Source: Myxococcota bacterium
GTDB lineage: Bacteria > Myxococcota > Myxococcia > Myxococcales > Myxococcaceae
Length of the DNA: 20,000 nt
Direction of reading: 5' to 3'
Assembly (NCBI GenBank): GCA_049322255.1
Contig: JBMORE010000162.1
Coordinates: 44,561 to 64,560 of the forward strand
Shown here: positions 14,980 to 20,000 of the stretch, piece after piece
Layout of the letters: every line of letters begins with the position of its first letter
How positions within the stretch are numbered: position 1 is the stretch's first letter
Position numbers and translations under genes: made by a program
The notes under the pieces: model-generated
Databases searched by the model: none
Seen by the model: the letters and a program-made list of their open reading frames with translations, nothing else
What the model was told of the DNA's origin: nothing

Positions 14980-15429
14980 ATGGCGCTCAAGGAGCGGATC
15001 GACGCCGATCTCAAGGACGCGATGCGCGCGAAAGCCGAGCTCGATACCTCGGTTTTGCGCATGCTCAAGAGCGCGGTGAAGTACAAAGAGGTCGAGCCGG
15101 GCGCCAAGCCGCTCGACGACGCGGGGGTGATGGCGGTCATCTCCACCCTCATCAAACAGCGACGCGACTCGGTCGAGCAGTTCAAGCAAGGTGGCCGGCC
15201 GGAGCTGGCGCAGAAAGAAGAGCAGGAGATTGCGGTGCTCCAGCGCTACCTGCCCGCTCAGCTCTCTGCCGCCGAGCTCGCCGCCGAGGTGCAAAAAGCG
15301 ATCGCCGAGGCCCAGGCGCAAGGCCCCAAGGACATGGGCGCGGTGATGAAGATTCTCTCTCCGCGGCTCAAGGGCCGCGCCGAGGGCAAGGCCATCTCCG
15401 ACGAGGTGAAGGCGCAGCTCTCGAAGTAG
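14980..15429 (+). CDS. yqeY: GatB/YqeY domain protein
   Basis: LKERIDADLKDAMRAK, KQRRDSVEQF, GRPELA, YLPAQLS and KDMGAVM. Canonical position after rpsU. Confidence 0.93.
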   Translation: MALKERIDADLKDAMRAKAELDTSVLRMLKSAVKYKEVEPGAKPLDDAGVMAVISTLIKQRRDSVEQFKQGGRPELAQKEEQEIAVLQRYLPAQLSAAELAAEVQKAIAEAQAQGPKDMGAVMKILSPRLKGRAEGKAISDEVKAQLSK

Positions 15430-15434
15430 GCGGC

Positions 15435-17228
15435 TTGCTCATCCCCGAGCACAAAATCGAAGAGCTCCGCGAGCGGGTGGACATCGTCGCCCTCATCTCG
15501 CGCCATGTGGAGCTCAAGAAGTCGGGCCGAAGCTTCAAGGGCCGCTGCCCCTTCCACCAGGAGAAGACCGCCTCCTTCCACGTCACTCCCGAGATGCGCC
15601 GCTTCAAGTGCTTCGGGTGCAACGCGGGCGGCGACGCCATCGCCTTCGTGCAGCGCTATTTGGGCAAGACCTTCGTCGACGCGGTGAAGGACCTGGCGCG
15701 CGAAGCCGGGGTGGACCTCGAGGCGGCGGCCGACCCCAGCGCCAAGGAGCGAGCGCAGCTTAGGGAAGTCACCGACTTCGCCGCCGAGCACTTCAAGTCG
15801 CGCCTGTGGGACGAGGGCCACGGCAAGAAGGCACGCGAATACCTGCACCGTCGAGGGGTCGCCGACGAGGTAGCGCGGGCCTTCGGGTTGGGCTGGGCGC
15901 CTTCGGGTTGGCAAGACCTCGCCGACCGCTTACTCGAACGTGGGCTCCTCTCCTTCGGAGAGAAAGCCGGGCTGGTGGCCCGCCGCCAGCGGGGCGAGGG
16001 CTACTACGACCTTTTCCGCGGGCGGCTGATCATCCCCATTCGTTCTCCGGAAGGGCGCACCATCGCCTTCGGCGGCCGCCTGCTCGAGGGGGACGAGGGG
16101 CCCAAGTACCTCAACTCGCGCGAGAGCAAGCTCTACAACAAGAGCGAGACGCTCTACGGCCTGGACCAGGCGCGTGACGAGATTCGCAAGAAGAAGTCGG
16201 CGGTGCTGGTCGAGGGTTACTTCGACTGCATCGGCCTGCACCAGGCGGAGGTGAAACAGGCGGTGGCCTTGTGCTCCACCGCGCTCACCCCCGGGCACCT
16301 GGGGGTGCTCTCCCGCGCCGAGGCCAAGGAGCTGGTGTTGCTCCTCGACGGCGATGACGCCGGCCGCAAGGCGGTGGAGCGGCTGGCCGGCTCGCTGCTC
16401 GCCGCGGGTGCCGCCACCAGGGTGGCCCTCTTACCCGACGGAGATGACCCCGACACCTTCGCCCGCCAGGCCGGCCCCGAAGGGGTGCAAAAGCTCTTGA
16501 CGGCGGCCAAGCCGCTCACCGCGTACTTGTTCGGCGCGCTCTTGCCCCAAGGAAAAGCAGGGAGCTTCGAGGAGAAGATGCAAGCCCTCGAGCGTCTCCG
16601 CCCCGTCACCGCCGCGCTGCCGGTGGGCCTCACCCGCTCGGCCTTTTTCGGCGCCATGAGCCAGCACTTCGGGTTGCCTGCCGCCGAGCTCGAGGCCTCC
16701 TTCAAGGCGAAGACGTCTCCTGTGCGCCCGGTGCCGAAGGCCGCTTCGCCCACGTCGGCTTCCTCAGAACGCTCCTCTGCTCGCCCTGCGACCGAGCGCC
16801 CGCCGGACACGCTCGAAGCCGTCTTCGCCGCCTTCGCCTGCCGTGATGCGCAGCTGCTCCAGAAAGACCCGTACCGCGTCGCCGACGAGCTGACCCACCC
16901 CGGCCTGCGCGCGCTGGTGGCGCACGTCTTTTCGGGCGCGTCGAGCGAAGACGTTCTCTTCGAGGCCTCCTTCCCGGTGAAGGCCGCCCTCGAAGCCGCA
17001 GCGCGTCAGCTGCCCGCCGACCCCGGGGCGCTGGAACCAGCGTTCCTGGCGGCGTGTCGCAAGCTCAAGCTTCGGCACATCGAAGAGCAGCTGTCCCACA
17101 TCGCCAAGGAAACCGCCCGCCTGGAGGGGGCGAGCGAGCTGACAGAGGAGACGCGCCGTTTACTGGCCGAGCGCAGCGAGCTTTTGGCCTTGAAAAGAAA
17201 AGTCCTCGAGCAGGGACCGGAAAGATAG
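15435..17228 (+). CDS. dnaG: DNA primase
   Basis: CHC2 zinc finger CPFH...CFGC, FGGR, PKYLNS, and TOPRIM motifs EGYFD and DGDDAG, plus DPD. Confidence 0.98.
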   Translation: MLIPEHKIEELRERVDIVALISRHVELKKSGRSFKGRCPFHQEKTASFHVTPEMRRFKCFGCNAGGDAIAFVQRYLGKTFVDAVKDLAREAGVDLEAAADPSAKERAQLREVTDFAAEHFKSRLWDEGHGKKAREYLHRRGVADEVARAFGLGWAPSGWQDLADRLLERGLLSFGEKAGLVARRQRGEGYYDLFRGRLIIPIRSPEGRTIAFGGRLLEGDEGPKYLNSRESKLYNKSETLYGLDQARDEIRKKKSAVLVEGYFDCIGLHQAEVKQAVALCSTALTPGHLGVLSRAEAKELVLLLDGDDAGRKAVERLAGSLLAAGAATRVALLPDGDDPDTFARQAGPEGVQKLLTAAKPLTAYLFGALLPQGKAGSFEEKMQALERLRPVTAALPVGLTRSAFFGAMSQHFGLPAAELEASFKAKTSPVRPVPKAASPTSASSERSSARPATERPPDTLEAVFAAFACRDAQLLQKDPYRVADELTHPGLRALVAHVFSGASSEDVLFEASFPVKAALEAAARQLPADPGALEPAFLAACRKLKLRHIEEQLSHIAKETARLEGASELTEETRRLLAERSELLALKRKVLEQGPER

Positions 17229-17280
17229 GTCTTTGAAGCCGGAACAAAGCCCCCCCTTTTCCCGGTTTGGAGATTCGCGT

Positions 17281-17310
17281 TTGTCACACCCGGCCAATCT
17301 GAGCTAGACC
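17281..17310 (+). promoter_or_regulatory. Possible internal sigma70-type promoter for rpoD
   Basis: TTGTCA-N18-TAGACC in the 120-nt dnaG-rpoD gap, upstream of an AGGAG RBS. The -10 match is weak. Confidence 0.3.
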
Positions 17311-17348
17311 GGCCCGCTCGTCTGGCCGCCCATAGGAGAAGTTTCTAC

Positions 17349-19430
<2,082 letters not shown>

Positions 19431-19787
19431 TCAGCGGGGTGGCTGTCCCAAGCCGGTGAAGAAGTCGAAGGTATGCCCGTGGCCCAGGTGGTCGCTGGTG
19501 CGACGGGTGACGATGCGCCCTTGATCGATGGCACCCAGCTCGTCCTCCGAGAGCGTGACCAGGTGGGTGTGCCCCTCGGCCTCGGAGGTCTCGCGCTGGA
19601 TGCCGCCCGCGGGCGGACTCGCCAGCGAAGTGAGCGTGAGAGTGAAGGTGTGCGTGTGAAGAAAATCGCGCGAGGAGGTGAAGGTCATCGTCTCCACTCC
19701 ACCAATGGGGTCGACGGGAGGCTGGGGCAGCTCCGCGCGTGCACCGCACCTCAGCACTGCCACCGCCGCCAGCCACGCCCACCGCAT
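19431..19787 (-). CDS. Small exported His-rich protein with three HxH beta-hairpin repeats (putative metal-binding)
   Basis: ATG at 19787 gives a hydrophobic leader MRWAWLAAVAVLRC, then repeats LHTHTFTL, GHTHLVTL and GHGHTFDF. The start is uncertain (ORF track begins at 19868). Confidence 0.65.
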   Translation of the reverse strand: MRWAWLAAVAVLRCGARAELPQPPVDPIGGVETMTFTSSRDFLHTHTFTLTLTSLASPPAGGIQRETSEAEGHTHLVTLSEDELGAIDQGRIVTRRTSDHLGHGHTFDFFTGLGQPPR

Positions 19788-19928
19788 GACCCAAACGCTA
19801 GGGCCGCTGGCCAGCAGGCGGAAGGGCATGAGGCATACGAACGCGGGCGCAACCGTCGGCTGGGACACGTCGGCGCGTTCTTGCGCTCACGCGGCGAGGT
19901 TAGTATTCGACCCTCGCTCGTCTTTGAC

Positions 19929-20000
19929 GGGCCCTTAGCTCAGCGGTAGAGCTGTCGGCTCATAACCGATTGGTCCCAGGTTCGAATCCTGGAGGGCCCA
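19929..20000 (+). tRNA. ileX: tRNA-Ile2 (CAT anticodon, lysidine type); CCA end beyond the window
   Basis: Acceptor stem GGGCCCT/AGGGCCC+A, D-arm GCTC..GAGC, anticodon arm GTCGG-CT-CAT-AA-CCGAT (CAT at 19961-19963) and T-arm CCAGG-TTCGAAT-CCTGG. G1-C72 is paired and C4/C5 are present, which argues for Ile2 rather than fMet. Its position after rpoD matches ileX. Confidence 0.92.

Noticed and set aside
17236..17270. Imperfect hairpin between dnaG and rpoD as a terminator or ncRNA
   Set aside because: The stem is interrupted and has only a short T tract; there is no recognisable RNA family.
19929..20000. tRNA-Met or initiator tRNA-fMet call from the CAT anticodon
   Set aside because: It lacks the C1:A72 mismatch and the three consecutive G-C anticodon-stem pairs. 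The acceptor stem and rpoD-linked position fit Ile2.

Overview
GC-rich bacterial DNA whose gene set points to Myxococcota (inference): DUF4388 protein, FHA-GGDEF, a Cys-rich DsbA-like lipoprotein and a Lys/Ala-extended SigA. The right end is the core macromolecular-synthesis cluster rpsU-yqeY-dnaG-rpoD, followed by a small His-rich gene and tRNA-Ile2(CAT). The middle holds a c-di-GMP cluster (FHA-diguanylate cyclase, metallophosphoesterase, pseudo-receiver/degenerate GGDEF with intact I-site), a Phd/VapC toxin-antitoxin pair, and a minus-strand operon M23 peptidase-DsbA-like-DUF4388-truD in which truD seems to start at CTG. The left end holds a second VapBC pair and the most unusual locus, a tightly coupled five-gene operon (670-5536). 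It encodes an amphipathic/coiled-coil protein, a membrane-anchored SsuA/THI5-type binding protein fused to an OmpA peptidoglycan-binding domain, an ABC permease, an ABC ATPase and a membrane/coiled-coil protein, and is divergent from a stand-alone GAF protein. No CRISPR array, rRNA, transposase or integrase was seen. All family calls come from motif reading, not database searches.
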